Origin: Humidesulfovibrio sp.
GTDB lineage: Bacteria > Desulfobacterota > Desulfovibrionia > Desulfovibrionales > Desulfovibrionaceae
Length of the DNA: 64,000 nucleotides
NCBI RefSeq assembly: GCF_031082295.1
Contig: NZ_JAVHLD010000002.1
Coordinates: forward strand, 40,976 to 104,975
Direction: 5' to 3'
Shown: positions 22,888 to 31,188 of the stretch, one piece after another
Layout of the letters: each line of letters starts with the position of its first letter
Numbering within the stretch: the stretch's first letter is position 1
The notes under the pieces: model-generated
Databases searched by the model: none
What the model was told of the DNA's origin: nothing
Seen by the model: only the letters and a program-made list of their open reading frames with translations
Made by a program: the position numbers and the translations under genes

Positions 22888-24548
22888 TATTGTGTCAGCT
22901 CCGGGCCTTGCTTGGCCTCGTTAATCCACCAGCGGATGAAGTTATAGGCGATGCCTGCGGGCGCGGGCTCGATGCCCTGCACGCGCGCGTGAACCATGGG
23001 CAGCGCCATGGGGACGTAGAGGAAGCAGTAGGGCTGATCCTCGTGAAAAATCTCCTGAACTCGATCATATATGGGCTTGCGCTTCTTTTGGTCAAGAAGC
23101 CTCCGCCCGCGTTCAAGCAGTTCATCAAGTTCCGGGTTCTTGTAGCCCACGAAATTGAGGCCGCCCGGCACGGCCTTGGACGAATGCCAAACGTCGAAGA
23201 GGTCCGGGTCCTGCACGATGTTCCAGCCGAGGATGATGGCGTCGAAGCGCCCCTTGTCCACGAATTCCTTGACGAACGCGGCCCACTCAACCGTGCGGAT
23301 CTCGACCTTTATGCCCAGCGCGGCAAGCCTGCTCTGGACGATGATGGCTGTCTTGATGCGCTGGCTGTTGCCCTGGTTGGTCAGGATGGTGAAGGCGAAG
23401 GGCCGACCGTCCGGGTCCACCAGAGGGCCGTCCGGCGTGCGGCGCGTCCACCCGGCCTCGGCAAGCAACCGCTTGGCCTTGGCAGGATCGTACTCGTTGG
23501 CGGGAATGGCGGCGTTGTAAGCCCAGGTGCCGGGCTTGTAGGGTCCGTTCGCCGCCTGCCCCAGGCCGGAGAGCACACCGCGCACGATCTCGTCCTTGTT
23601 CAACGCATGATTGATGGCCCGGCGCACCCGCACGTCGGAGAAGAGTCGGCTTTTCAGATTATAGCCCAGATAGGTGTAGGCCGAAGCAACGTACTTGAAC
23701 TTGCGGAAGTTCGCCGCCCAGTCTTGGCCGTCGGTCTGATACAAATACTGCTGCGGCGAGAGGTTGATCTCGTCCAGGTTGCCGCTTTTCAGCTCCATGA
23801 ACTGGGTGGACTGGTCCGGAATGACGCGCATGACCACTTCGTCGATGTAGGCGCGCCCCTCGAAATAGTCGGGGTTGGCCACCAGCACGAGGCGATCTCC
23901 CGTGGTCCAGCTTTTGAGCATGTAGGGCCCCGCGCCGACGGGCTTGCGTGAGAGCGGCGTCTTCAAGAGGTCCTGCCCTTCCAGCAGGTGCCGGGGCAGG
24001 ATGGAACTGGCCCAGGTGACCAGGGCTCTCGCAAAGGGCTTGTCGTAGCGTACCTCGAAAGAATACTCGCCAGTAAGCTTGAACTCCTTCACCGCCAGAA
24101 AATCCTCGGCATAGGCGGTGGGGGTCTTGGGGTCGATCATGAGCCTGTAGGTGAACTCCACGTCGCGCGCGGTGAGCGGCTTGCCGTCGGTCCAGCGGAT
24201 GCCCGTCTTGAGGGTGAAGCGCAAGAGCCGACCATCCTCTAGAATTTCAAATGATTCCGCTGCGAGGGGCACGAGGTTGATGTTCTTGTCGTACTTGAGA
24301 AGGCTGACGTAGATGAGATCGGCGACCTCGTGCGAGGCCGAGTCCGTGGCCAGCGGCGGAATCAGATTGCTCGGTTCGCCGATGGTGGCCTCAACCAGTC
24401 GCCCACCGGGCTTGGGGTCGCCTGCAGGCGCTGAAACCTGGACTGGCTTTGCGGATGACGAAACTGTAGGTGCGCGCCCGTCCCCGCCCTGACCGCAACC
24501 GGCCAGCAGCAGCACCAAAACAAGCGCCAGTGTTCGTATTCCAGGCAT
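22887..24548 (-). CDS. Peptide ABC transporter substrate-binding lipoprotein (family 5, OppA/AppA-like)
   Basis: Lipobox LAGC; I.W.DG.PLTA.DV.FTY, PVGAGPYML, N.DYFEG...ID.V; AGAGGA RBS favours ATG 24548. Confidence 0.93.
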   Translation of the reverse strand: MPGIRTLALVLVLLLAGCGQGGDGRAPTVSSSAKPVQVSAPAGDPKPGGRLVEATIGEPSNLIPPLATDSASHEVADLIYVSLLKYDKNINLVPLAAESFEILEDGRLLRFTLKTGIRWTDGKPLTARDVEFTYRLMIDPKTPTAYAEDFLAVKEFKLTGEYSFEVRYDKPFARALVTWASSILPRHLLEGQDLLKTPLSRKPVGAGPYMLKSWTTGDRLVLVANPDYFEGRAYIDEVVMRVIPDQSTQFMELKSGNLDEINLSPQQYLYQTDGQDWAANFRKFKYVASAYTYLGYNLKSRLFSDVRVRRAINHALNKDEIVRGVLSGLGQAANGPYKPGTWAYNAAIPANEYDPAKAKRLLAEAGWTRRTPDGPLVDPDGRPFAFTILTNQGNSQRIKTAIIVQSRLAALGIKVEIRTVEWAAFVKEFVDKGRFDAIILGWNIVQDPDLFDVWHSSKAVPGGLNFVGYKNPELDELLERGRRLLDQKKRKPIYDRVQEIFHEDQPYCFLYVPMALPMVHARVQGIEPAPAGIAYNFIRWWINEAKQGPELTQ

Positions 24549-24650
24549 CATCAATCCTCTTGCCAAATCCGGCAACCTTGCGCATATACTGACCGAAGCG
24601 CCGCTGTCGCTCACACTATGGCTCAGACCACGTAAAAAGCCAAGCGCCCC

Positions 24651-24678
24651 TTGCTTTTGCGGCAGCGATTGCTATACT
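24651..24678 (+). promoter_or_regulatory. Candidate sigma70 promoter of the SNF2 operon
   Basis: TTGCTT-N16-TATACT with extended -10 TGn. Confidence 0.45.
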
Positions 24679-24756
24679 CGCTCATTCGCGTCTGGCAAGG
24701 TTGCCCATAATGTCCTCACCGGCGCATGATATTGCACTTAAGGAGTTTTCTGCTTC

Positions 24757-27700
24757 ATGCCCATAGCAGACGAGAACAGGGTTCGGGAGATCCTCACCCG
24801 CTTTGTACGGGAGACGATTCCTGACTATATTGTGGAGAATTCCACGGCCATTGTCGAGTCCGATGGCGTGCAGAAGCTCGACATACAGCAACGCGACCAA
24901 TTTTTGGACGTGGACGGGCAGGTGCAAGGTGACGATTTCCAGATCTACACCTCCGAACTCGGCCTGAACCTGAGCGACGGCACCATCAACTCCTACTGCA
25001 ACTGCCCGGACTCCTTTTCCGGCGTGTGCCGCCATGTGGGCGCCACGGCGCTCAAGATGCTCAATTCACTTTCGAGCGCCAAGAAGACTGACGTCCCCAA
25101 GCCCCGCACGGACTGGCGCCAAACCTTCCGCACCTTCTTCTCCACCGAGCTTGAGCCCGAACCAGGCAAGCATTACCTGGTGTATCGACTCTTCCCCGAG
25201 CCAGGTCGACTGCAGGTATCCTTCGCCCGCGCCAGGCAGAACAAGTCCGGCATCTCAAGCGTGCAGCAGGACATCACGCTGGAGCAAATCATAAAGAACC
25301 CCGACTGGTGCGAAATCGCGCCGGGCTTGCCGAAGGTAGCGGGCATGATCGCGCACTACCTTGACTATCAGGGGCACCGCGTTGAGCTCCCGGCAGGCCT
25401 GCACTCCTGGTTCTTCCGCGCCATCAAGAACGAGTACTACATCTATCTTCGCGACACGGAACAGCCGGTACGCATCGAGAGCAAGACCCTGCAGCTCAAG
25501 CTCTCGCCCCAGCTCTCGGAGGACGGCCTGGGCTTTGACCTGCTGCTCTCGCGCGAGGACCGCCCCCCCTTCTCCATCCGCAAGGAGGACGAGATCTATT
25601 TCTACGGGCGGTTGCCCCTGTGGCTTTACTGGAAGGGCAACTTCCATCCGGTGCAGACCGGACTCGATCCTGAGCTCATCCAGGAGATGGTCGAGCAGGC
25701 GCCCATCGTTCCCCACGCGGACATATCCGAATACCTGGACCGCGTGTGGACCAAGATTCCAGTTTCCGACCTCTACGGCCAGGAGGACTTCCTGGAGCGC
25801 ATGGGTCCGATCTTCCAGCCCGCCGAGTTCAACCCCAAGCTGTTCCTCGACGAGGAAGGCAGCCTGCTGGTGCTCAAAATCCAGTGCATGTACGACACCG
25901 ACCACGGCGAGGTCTCGCTGCCCGGCCCCAATCCGGACCTGCAGACCGGCAGCTACCGCTACGCCGACAAAAGCTACCTCATCCGCCGCGCCCAGGACGA
26001 GGAGGCCGTGCTCTTCGCCGAGTTGCAGCACATGGGCTTCCAGCCCAGGAGCAACCACACCTGGTTCATGGAGCAGGAGGCGGCCATCAACTTCCTGTTG
26101 GACTTCTACCCCATGCTGGTCGAGGGCTACCGTGTCTACGGCGAGCAGAACCTGACCCGCTACAAGGTGCGCCTGAGCAAGCCCGAGATCGTGGCCGAGG
26201 TGAAGAGCGACGAGGAGAACAAGTGGTTCACCCTTGATCTCACCGTGCAGTACGACGACCAGAAGGTGCCCATCGAGGAGATTTGGAAGGCCTGGGTCCA
26301 GAAGAAGCGCTATGTCCAGCTCAAGGACGGCTCCTACACCAGCCTGCCCGAGTCCTGGCTCCGGCGCTTGGGGCACAAGCTCAAGGCCCTTGGCTTCGAC
26401 CCCGAAAAGCCGCCGCAGAAGAAGTTCCAGCAGTTTGAAGCCCCGGTGCTGGACAACCTGCTGGACGACATGCCCGGCGCAAAGACCGACGCCTATTTCG
26501 TCAAGCTGCGCGAGAAGATCAGCAACTTCCAGCAGATACGGCAGCTGCCGCCGCCCAGGGGCCTCAACGCCACCCTGCGCCCCTACCAGGTCATGGGCCT
26601 GTCGTACATGAATTTCCTGCGCGACTACGGTTTCGGCGGAATCCTGGCCGACGAAATGGGACTTGGCAAGACCGTGCAGACCTTGTCCTTCCTGCTCTCC
26701 CTCAAGGAGCGCGGGGTCAAGGGTCCAAGCCTCATCGTGGTTCCCACAAGCGTGCTGCCCAACTGGGAGCGTGAAGCCGCGAAGTTCGTGCCCGCCATGA
26801 CACGGCTCACCATCTACGGCGCCAAGCGCGATGATTTGTTCAGTCGCATCAAGGACTCGGACCTCATCATCACGACCTACGCACTGCTTCGCCGCGACCT
26901 GGAGGAGCTCTGCAAGTACAAGTACACCGTGATCATTTTGGACGAGGCCCAGAACATCAAGAACCCCAACACCATAACAGCCCGTTCCGTGCGCCGCCTG
27001 GAAGCCGAGATGCGCCTGTGCCTGTCCGGCACGCCCATCGAGAACAACCTCTTCGAGCTGTGGAGCCTGTTTGAATTCCTCATGCCGGGCTTCCTCGGCT
27101 CGCAGCACGCCTTCCAGCGCGGCATCGTGAAGCCCATCAAGGACGCCGACGAGGAAACGCTCAACTACCTGCGCTCCCGCGTGAAGCCGTTCATCCTGCG
27201 GCGCACCAAGAGCGAGGTGGCCAAGGATCTGCCGCCCAAGATCGAGACCACCCATTACTGCGACCTCGCCGACGAGCAGCGCGATCTTTACGGAGCGCTG
27301 GCCGCCAGGCTCAAGGCCCAGGTGCTCAAGGACGTGGACGAGAAGGGCCTGGCCAAGAGCCAGATGTCCATCCTCGACGCCCTCTTGAAGCTGCGCCAGA
27401 TCTGCTGCCATCCGCGCCTGCTCAAGCTCGACATCCCAGGCATCAACACCAACCTGCCCTCGGGCAAGTTCGACGCCTTCAAGGATCTGGTGACGGACAT
27501 CGTGGAGGGCGGCCACAAGGTGCTGGTGTTCTCGCAGTTCGTGCAGATGCTGCACATCATCCGCTCCTGGCTGCAGATCCGTGAAGTGCCCTTCGCCTAT
27601 CTCGACGGCTCAAGCAAGGACCGCTTCGAGCAGGTGGACAAGTTCAACGACTCGCCGGACATCCCGATCTTCCTGATCTCGCTCAAGGCGGGCGGCACCG

Positions 27701-27966
27701 GGCTTAACCTGACCAGCGCGGACTACGTCATCCACTACGACCCGTGGTGGAACCCGGCGGTTGAGAATCAGGCAACGGACCGCACGCACCGCATCGGCCA
27801 GAAGCGGCAGGTCTTCGCCTACAAGATGATCTGCCAGAACACCGTCGAGGAGAAGATCCTGAAGCTCCAGGAGATGAAGAAGGACGTGGCCGAGTCCATC
27901 ATTCCCGGTCAGTCGGCGTTCAAGTCGCTCACGCGGGATGACCTGGAGATGCTCTTCGAGGTCTAA
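24757..27966 (+). CDS. SWIM zinc finger plus SNF2/SWI2-family ATPase
   Basis: SWIM CNCP...CRH; LADEMGLGKT, LDEAQNIKN, LSGTPIENN, LVFSQF, GLNL..AD, QATDRTHRIGQ. Confidence 0.95.
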   Translation: MPIADENRVREILTRFVRETIPDYIVENSTAIVESDGVQKLDIQQRDQFLDVDGQVQGDDFQIYTSELGLNLSDGTINSYCNCPDSFSGVCRHVGATALKMLNSLSSAKKTDVPKPRTDWRQTFRTFFSTELEPEPGKHYLVYRLFPEPGRLQVSFARARQNKSGISSVQQDITLEQIIKNPDWCEIAPGLPKVAGMIAHYLDYQGHRVELPAGLHSWFFRAIKNEYYIYLRDTEQPVRIESKTLQLKLSPQLSEDGLGFDLLLSREDRPPFSIRKEDEIYFYGRLPLWLYWKGNFHPVQTGLDPELIQEMVEQAPIVPHADISEYLDRVWTKIPVSDLYGQEDFLERMGPIFQPAEFNPKLFLDEEGSLLVLKIQCMYDTDHGEVSLPGPNPDLQTGSYRYADKSYLIRRAQDEEAVLFAELQHMGFQPRSNHTWFMEQEAAINFLLDFYPMLVEGYRVYGEQNLTRYKVRLSKPEIVAEVKSDEENKWFTLDLTVQYDDQKVPIEEIWKAWVQKKRYVQLKDGSYTSLPESWLRRLGHKLKALGFDPEKPPQKKFQQFEAPVLDNLLDDMPGAKTDAYFVKLREKISNFQQIRQLPPPRGLNATLRPYQVMGLSYMNFLRDYGFGGILADEMGLGKTVQTLSFLLSLKERGVKGPSLIVVPTSVLPNWEREAAKFVPAMTRLTIYGAKRDDLFSRIKDSDLIITTYALLRRDLEELCKYKYTVIILDEAQNIKNPNTITARSVRRLEAEMRLCLSGTPIENNLFELWSLFEFLMPGFLGSQHAFQRGIVKPIKDADEETLNYLRSRVKPFILRRTKSEVAKDLPPKIETTHYCDLADEQRDLYGALAARLKAQVLKDVDEKGLAKSQMSILDALLKLRQICCHPRLLKLDIPGINTNLPSGKFDAFKDLVTDIVEGGHKVLVFSQFVQMLHIIRSWLQIREVPFAYLDGSSKDRFEQVDKFNDSPDIPIFLISLKAGGTGLNLTSADYVIHYDPWWNPAVENQATDRTHRIGQKRQVFAYKMICQNTVEEKILKLQEMKKDVAESIIPGQSAFKSLTRDDLEMLFEV

Positions 27967-27986
27967 GGACCTGAGCGACGTCATCC

Positions 27987-28874
27987 ATGAACGCCCTTAC
28001 ACGTCCTCTTATCCAGGCCTTTGACGGACTGCAGGCGTTTGCCGAGTCGGAACCGACGCGTCGCCGGGTCGGCAAGGCGCTCATCTGCTACTTTCTGACG
28101 GCGCTGACCCTCATCGAGTTGAACAGCCTGGGCTGGTTGCCAGACTTCCTCGCCCGTTATCTCTCCACAAACCGGTTTGACGCGGTGGCCCACACCTTCA
28201 CGTTGGTGCTGGTGCTAGAGGTTGTGGATCTTGTGTTCTCCCTGCCCAAGTCCACGTCCAGATCCGTGGGCAAGCAATTTGAAATCCTGGCGCTCATCCT
28301 CTTGCGAAACGCCTTCAAAGAGCTGAACAACCTGCCTTTTCCCGTCGACATCACAAACCACACGGACGTGCTGGTGCGGCTGGCAACGAACGGAGCCGGT
28401 GCGCTGGCCGTCTTTGTCCTGCTGGGGGCGTACCTGCATGCCCAGCGTTGCGCGCCAAAGCACTGGGCGCCAGATATCCTCCAGAAGTTCATCGCCGCCA
28501 AGAAACTCGTGGCTCTCCTCGTGCTTGGATCGTTCTTGTGCATGGGGGTGTACAACGGGATTTTGATCGTACGCGGCGAACCGCATTTCGACGTGTTCCA
28601 CGATTTCTACACAGTGCTCGTCTTCACCGACATCCTCATAGTGCTCATTGCGCAGCGTTACATGCCGGAATTCCACGCGATCTTCCGTAATTCAGGCTTC
28701 GCTTTGTCCACGCTGTTCATTCGCATGGCGCTCACAACCGATACGATCCTCTCGGTCATCGTGGGCGTAGGCGCCATGGTCTTCGCAGTCTGCCTGACTT
28801 ACGCCTCCAACCACTTCTACAGCATCACCGCCAAACCGGGGCTGCCGTGTCCGCTTCCTCCTTTTCCAAAATAA
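27987..28874 (+). CDS. Hypothetical polytopic membrane protein (about 8 TM)
   Basis: 295 aa with repeated hydrophobic helices; 20 nt after the SNF2 stop. Confidence 0.75.
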   Translation: MNALTRPLIQAFDGLQAFAESEPTRRRVGKALICYFLTALTLIELNSLGWLPDFLARYLSTNRFDAVAHTFTLVLVLEVVDLVFSLPKSTSRSVGKQFEILALILLRNAFKELNNLPFPVDITNHTDVLVRLATNGAGALAVFVLLGAYLHAQRCAPKHWAPDILQKFIAAKKLVALLVLGSFLCMGVYNGILIVRGEPHFDVFHDFYTVLVFTDILIVLIAQRYMPEFHAIFRNSGFALSTLFIRMALTTDTILSVIVGVGAMVFAVCLTYASNHFYSITAKPGLPCPLPPFPK

Positions 28875-29269
28875 AGAACAGCGCGAAGAAACGGCTGTAC
28901 GGTCCGCGCCGCTGCCTTGTCTGCGGCTACAAGGCGGACGAACAGGAAACTCTGCTGGCCATGATGGTTCGTTGGAATTTCGCGGACATGCCCGCGCTGT
29001 TCGCGGGTGCCGTGGACATGGACCGCCTGGTGGGTGATATCCTGAGCGAGGAAGGCGGCTACGGCCAGGGCCAGGACAGCCCGCTGCCGCGTGCGGTCAT
29101 CCTTTCCGGCCTTACCGAAAAGGAACTGCACACCTTCATGGCTGCCTGGAAGCACCTGGGACTGCCACGCCAGAACTGGGCCACGCTGACCCCCACCAGC
29201 GAGACATGGACGCTCATCGACTTGCTGACGGAATTGGACATGGAGCGGGTGGCGCTGGGCGGGAAGTAA
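28847..29269 (+). CDS. DUF3783-family protein
   Basis: C-terminal AVILSGL...LH.FM...K.LGL....WATLTPTSE.WTL..LL.EL pattern; GTG start approximate. Confidence 0.65.
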   Translation: MSASSFSKIKNSAKKRLYGPRRCLVCGYKADEQETLLAMMVRWNFADMPALFAGAVDMDRLVGDILSEEGGYGQGQDSPLPRAVILSGLTEKELHTFMAAWKHLGLPRQNWATLTPTSETWTLIDLLTELDMERVALGGK

Positions 29270-29276
29270 GAGAATA

Positions 29277-29471
29277 GCCTCCGGCGGCCAAAGGGCCTGA
29301 GGCCCTTTGGGGTCCCCAGTAAACAAGCGGGGCATTCAAGGGAAGTCGGATCAATTCGCCTGAGGCAACTCCATATCACTGCGAAGGGCCGGGAAGAGCA
29401 TCAGCTCGACCCGGCCCTTTGCCGTGCATGAGGGGGGACGGGGGGAATCATTCCCACCGACCGCCAGAGGC
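29277..29471. repeat. REP-doublet-like inverted intergenic element with internal hairpins
   Basis: GCCTCCGGCGG (29277, +) and GCCTCTGGCGG (29471, -), each followed by its own hairpin and a C run; central long hairpin 29381-29422. Confidence 0.55.
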
Positions 29472-29481
29472 TGAATGCTCT

Positions 29482-30006
29482 CTAGAACGGCACGTCGTCC
29501 ATGCCGCTGGCCTCGGACGGGAACGCCGGGCCAAGGTCTTCATCGTCATGGAAGGGCGGATTCTGGCCGCCGCCACGCTGCTGGTTCTGCTGCCCGCCAT
29601 ACTGGTTGCCACCCTGCTGGCGCGGAGCGTAGCCGCCCTCGCTGCCCTGACCGCCACCCTGGCCGCCGCCCGGACGTGGCCCAAGGGCCTGCACGCGCTG
29701 TGCGACGACCTCGGTGGAATAGCGATCCTGGCCGTCCTTATCCTGCCACTTGCGGGTCTGCAAACGGCCTTCGACCATAATCAGCGAGCCCTTGGCCAGG
29801 TACTTGCCGCAAAAGTCGGCCTGCTTGTCGAAGGTCACGACGGTGTGCCAGTCGGTGCGCTCGGTGAACTGGCCGTCCTTGTCGCGGATGCGCTCGCTGG
29901 TGGCCAGGCGCATGTTGGCGATGGGCAGGCCGGACTGCGCATAGGAAATTTTCGGGTCCTGCCCCAGGTGTCCGACCAGAATCACTTTATTCAGGCTGCC
30001 AGCCAT
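29482..30006 (-). CDS. ssb: Single-stranded DNA-binding protein
   Basis: SLNKVILVGHLGQDP, T.WH.VV.F, VEGRLQTRKW, Gly/Gln linker, DDVPF tail. Confidence 0.97.
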   Translation of the reverse strand: MAGSLNKVILVGHLGQDPKISYAQSGLPIANMRLATSERIRDKDGQFTERTDWHTVVTFDKQADFCGKYLAKGSLIMVEGRLQTRKWQDKDGQDRYSTEVVAQRVQALGPRPGGGQGGGQGSEGGYAPRQQGGNQYGGQQNQQRGGGQNPPFHDDEDLGPAFPSEASGMDDVPF

Positions 30007-30060
30007 GTGCTCACTCCTTGCAAAGATATGCGTTCTACGTAAAGTTGATAACAGACGCTG

Positions 30061-30441
30061 TTAGTCGCGTCCAGGCTGATCCTTGAATTTCTTGCACTGG
30101 GACTCAAGGTCGTCCAGTGCGTCCTCTATTGCGTCGGTAGCCGCATTGGCGGCGCGGGCGTTCCATTCGCCAAGCTCGGCGTCCAGTCGCGCCTTGGCCG
30201 CAGCTGCCTTTCTGATGCCCTCAGGAAGTTCGCTCAAAGCCTCTTCTGGCAGCAGGCCGATCTCCAGGCGATCGGCCAGGTGCGTCACAAGCTCAAGCAC
30301 GCCGCGCTTTTCCGGCGGCAAGGCCTCGATCTTCACCGCGACAGGGCTGAAGGCCATGGCCGAAAGCCTCGGCCAGCGCTTCTGTACTTCGGCAGGATCG
30401 AAGGTCGTAGCGGAAACGCGAATCTGCAGCGTGCGGCCCAT
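30061..30441 (-). CDS. Hypothetical helical protein in the acetyl-CoA carboxylase cluster
   Basis: AGGAG RBS before ATG 30441; 10 nt downstream of the biotin-carrier-like gene. Confidence 0.7.
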   Translation of the reverse strand: MGRTLQIRVSATTFDPAEVQKRWPRLSAMAFSPVAVKIEALPPEKRGVLELVTHLADRLEIGLLPEEALSELPEGIRKAAAAKARLDAELGEWNARAANAATDAIEDALDDLESQCKKFKDQPGRD

Positions 30442-30451
30442 GCCAAAGCTC

Positions 30452-31102
30452 CTAGTCGCGCTCTTCCCATTCGCCCTGGACGCGGTTGACCACATCCTGA
30501 ATGAGGCTGAGCTGGTTTTCGGGGCACACGCCGATGAGTGGCTGCCCACCGTCGACGTTGTCGCCCTGCTGGAAATATACCGCGTAGATGATGCCTTCCG
30601 GCCCGGAATAGGAGAGCGGGGTCTCGCGTTTCATGCGCGACACGATGAACATGTCCAACCCCTCGCGCACCTTCACCGACTGCTCGCCCCCGGCCTTGAT
30701 CTTGGCGTCGATCTCGGGGACGAAGTAGTACTTGGCGCGTTCCGGCGCGCAGAATAGGTGCAGGGCTTTCTTGAGGATGCGTCCTATGACCTCCTCCTTG
30801 GACAGGAAGTGGCGGATGGTGAGCAGCCGCTCCCCGGCCTCCACAAACTTGCCCTCAAGCTCGCTGCGAATGTCCATGACCTGGCCCTTCTGCGTGGCGT
30901 AAATGGGCTTCTTGTTTCTCTCGCGCGTCAGGTGGGCCAACAGCGTGCCTGGGCGCTCCAGCCATTTCCCGGAAGGCCCGGTGACGCGGTCGCCGGCGTT
31001 CAGGCCGACGAACTCAACAACACCCGTGTGCGGGGTGTTGATCTCGATCTCTTCATAGGGCGAGGCGTTCAATTCCTCGAGCATTTCTTTAACGTTCAGC
31101 AA
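30452..31102 (-). CDS. Biotin carboxyl carrier-like protein with two biotinyl/lipoyl-type domains
   Basis: Two barrel-sandwich repeats; the second has IVSRMKRET (MK biotin-Lys site), the first has Arg at the Lys position; TTG start. Confidence 0.7.
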   Translation of the reverse strand: MLNVKEMLEELNASPYEEIEINTPHTGVVEFVGLNAGDRVTGPSGKWLERPGTLLAHLTRERNKKPIYATQKGQVMDIRSELEGKFVEAGERLLTIRHFLSKEEVIGRILKKALHLFCAPERAKYYFVPEIDAKIKAGGEQSVKVREGLDMFIVSRMKRETPLSYSGPEGIIYAVYFQQGDNVDGGQPLIGVCPENQLSLIQDVVNRVQGEWEERD

Positions 31103-31188
31103 AGCGTGTCCCTCGCATTAGTCGTTACGGCTTCTTTTCCGTTTCGGCATGCTGTTCTATTTGTCAGGAATTAATAATCTTATTCGCG

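Noticed and set aside
20782-27555. Long antisense ORFs opposite rel, the peptide-binding protein and SNF2 (543, 353 and 766 aa)
   Set aside because: Same shadow-ORF effect; the sense genes have full motif sets
29270-29345. c-di-GMP-I riboswitch suggested by GCCTCCGG
   Set aside because: Lacks the GCAAA-containing P1/P2 context and lies between two stop codons rather than in a leader
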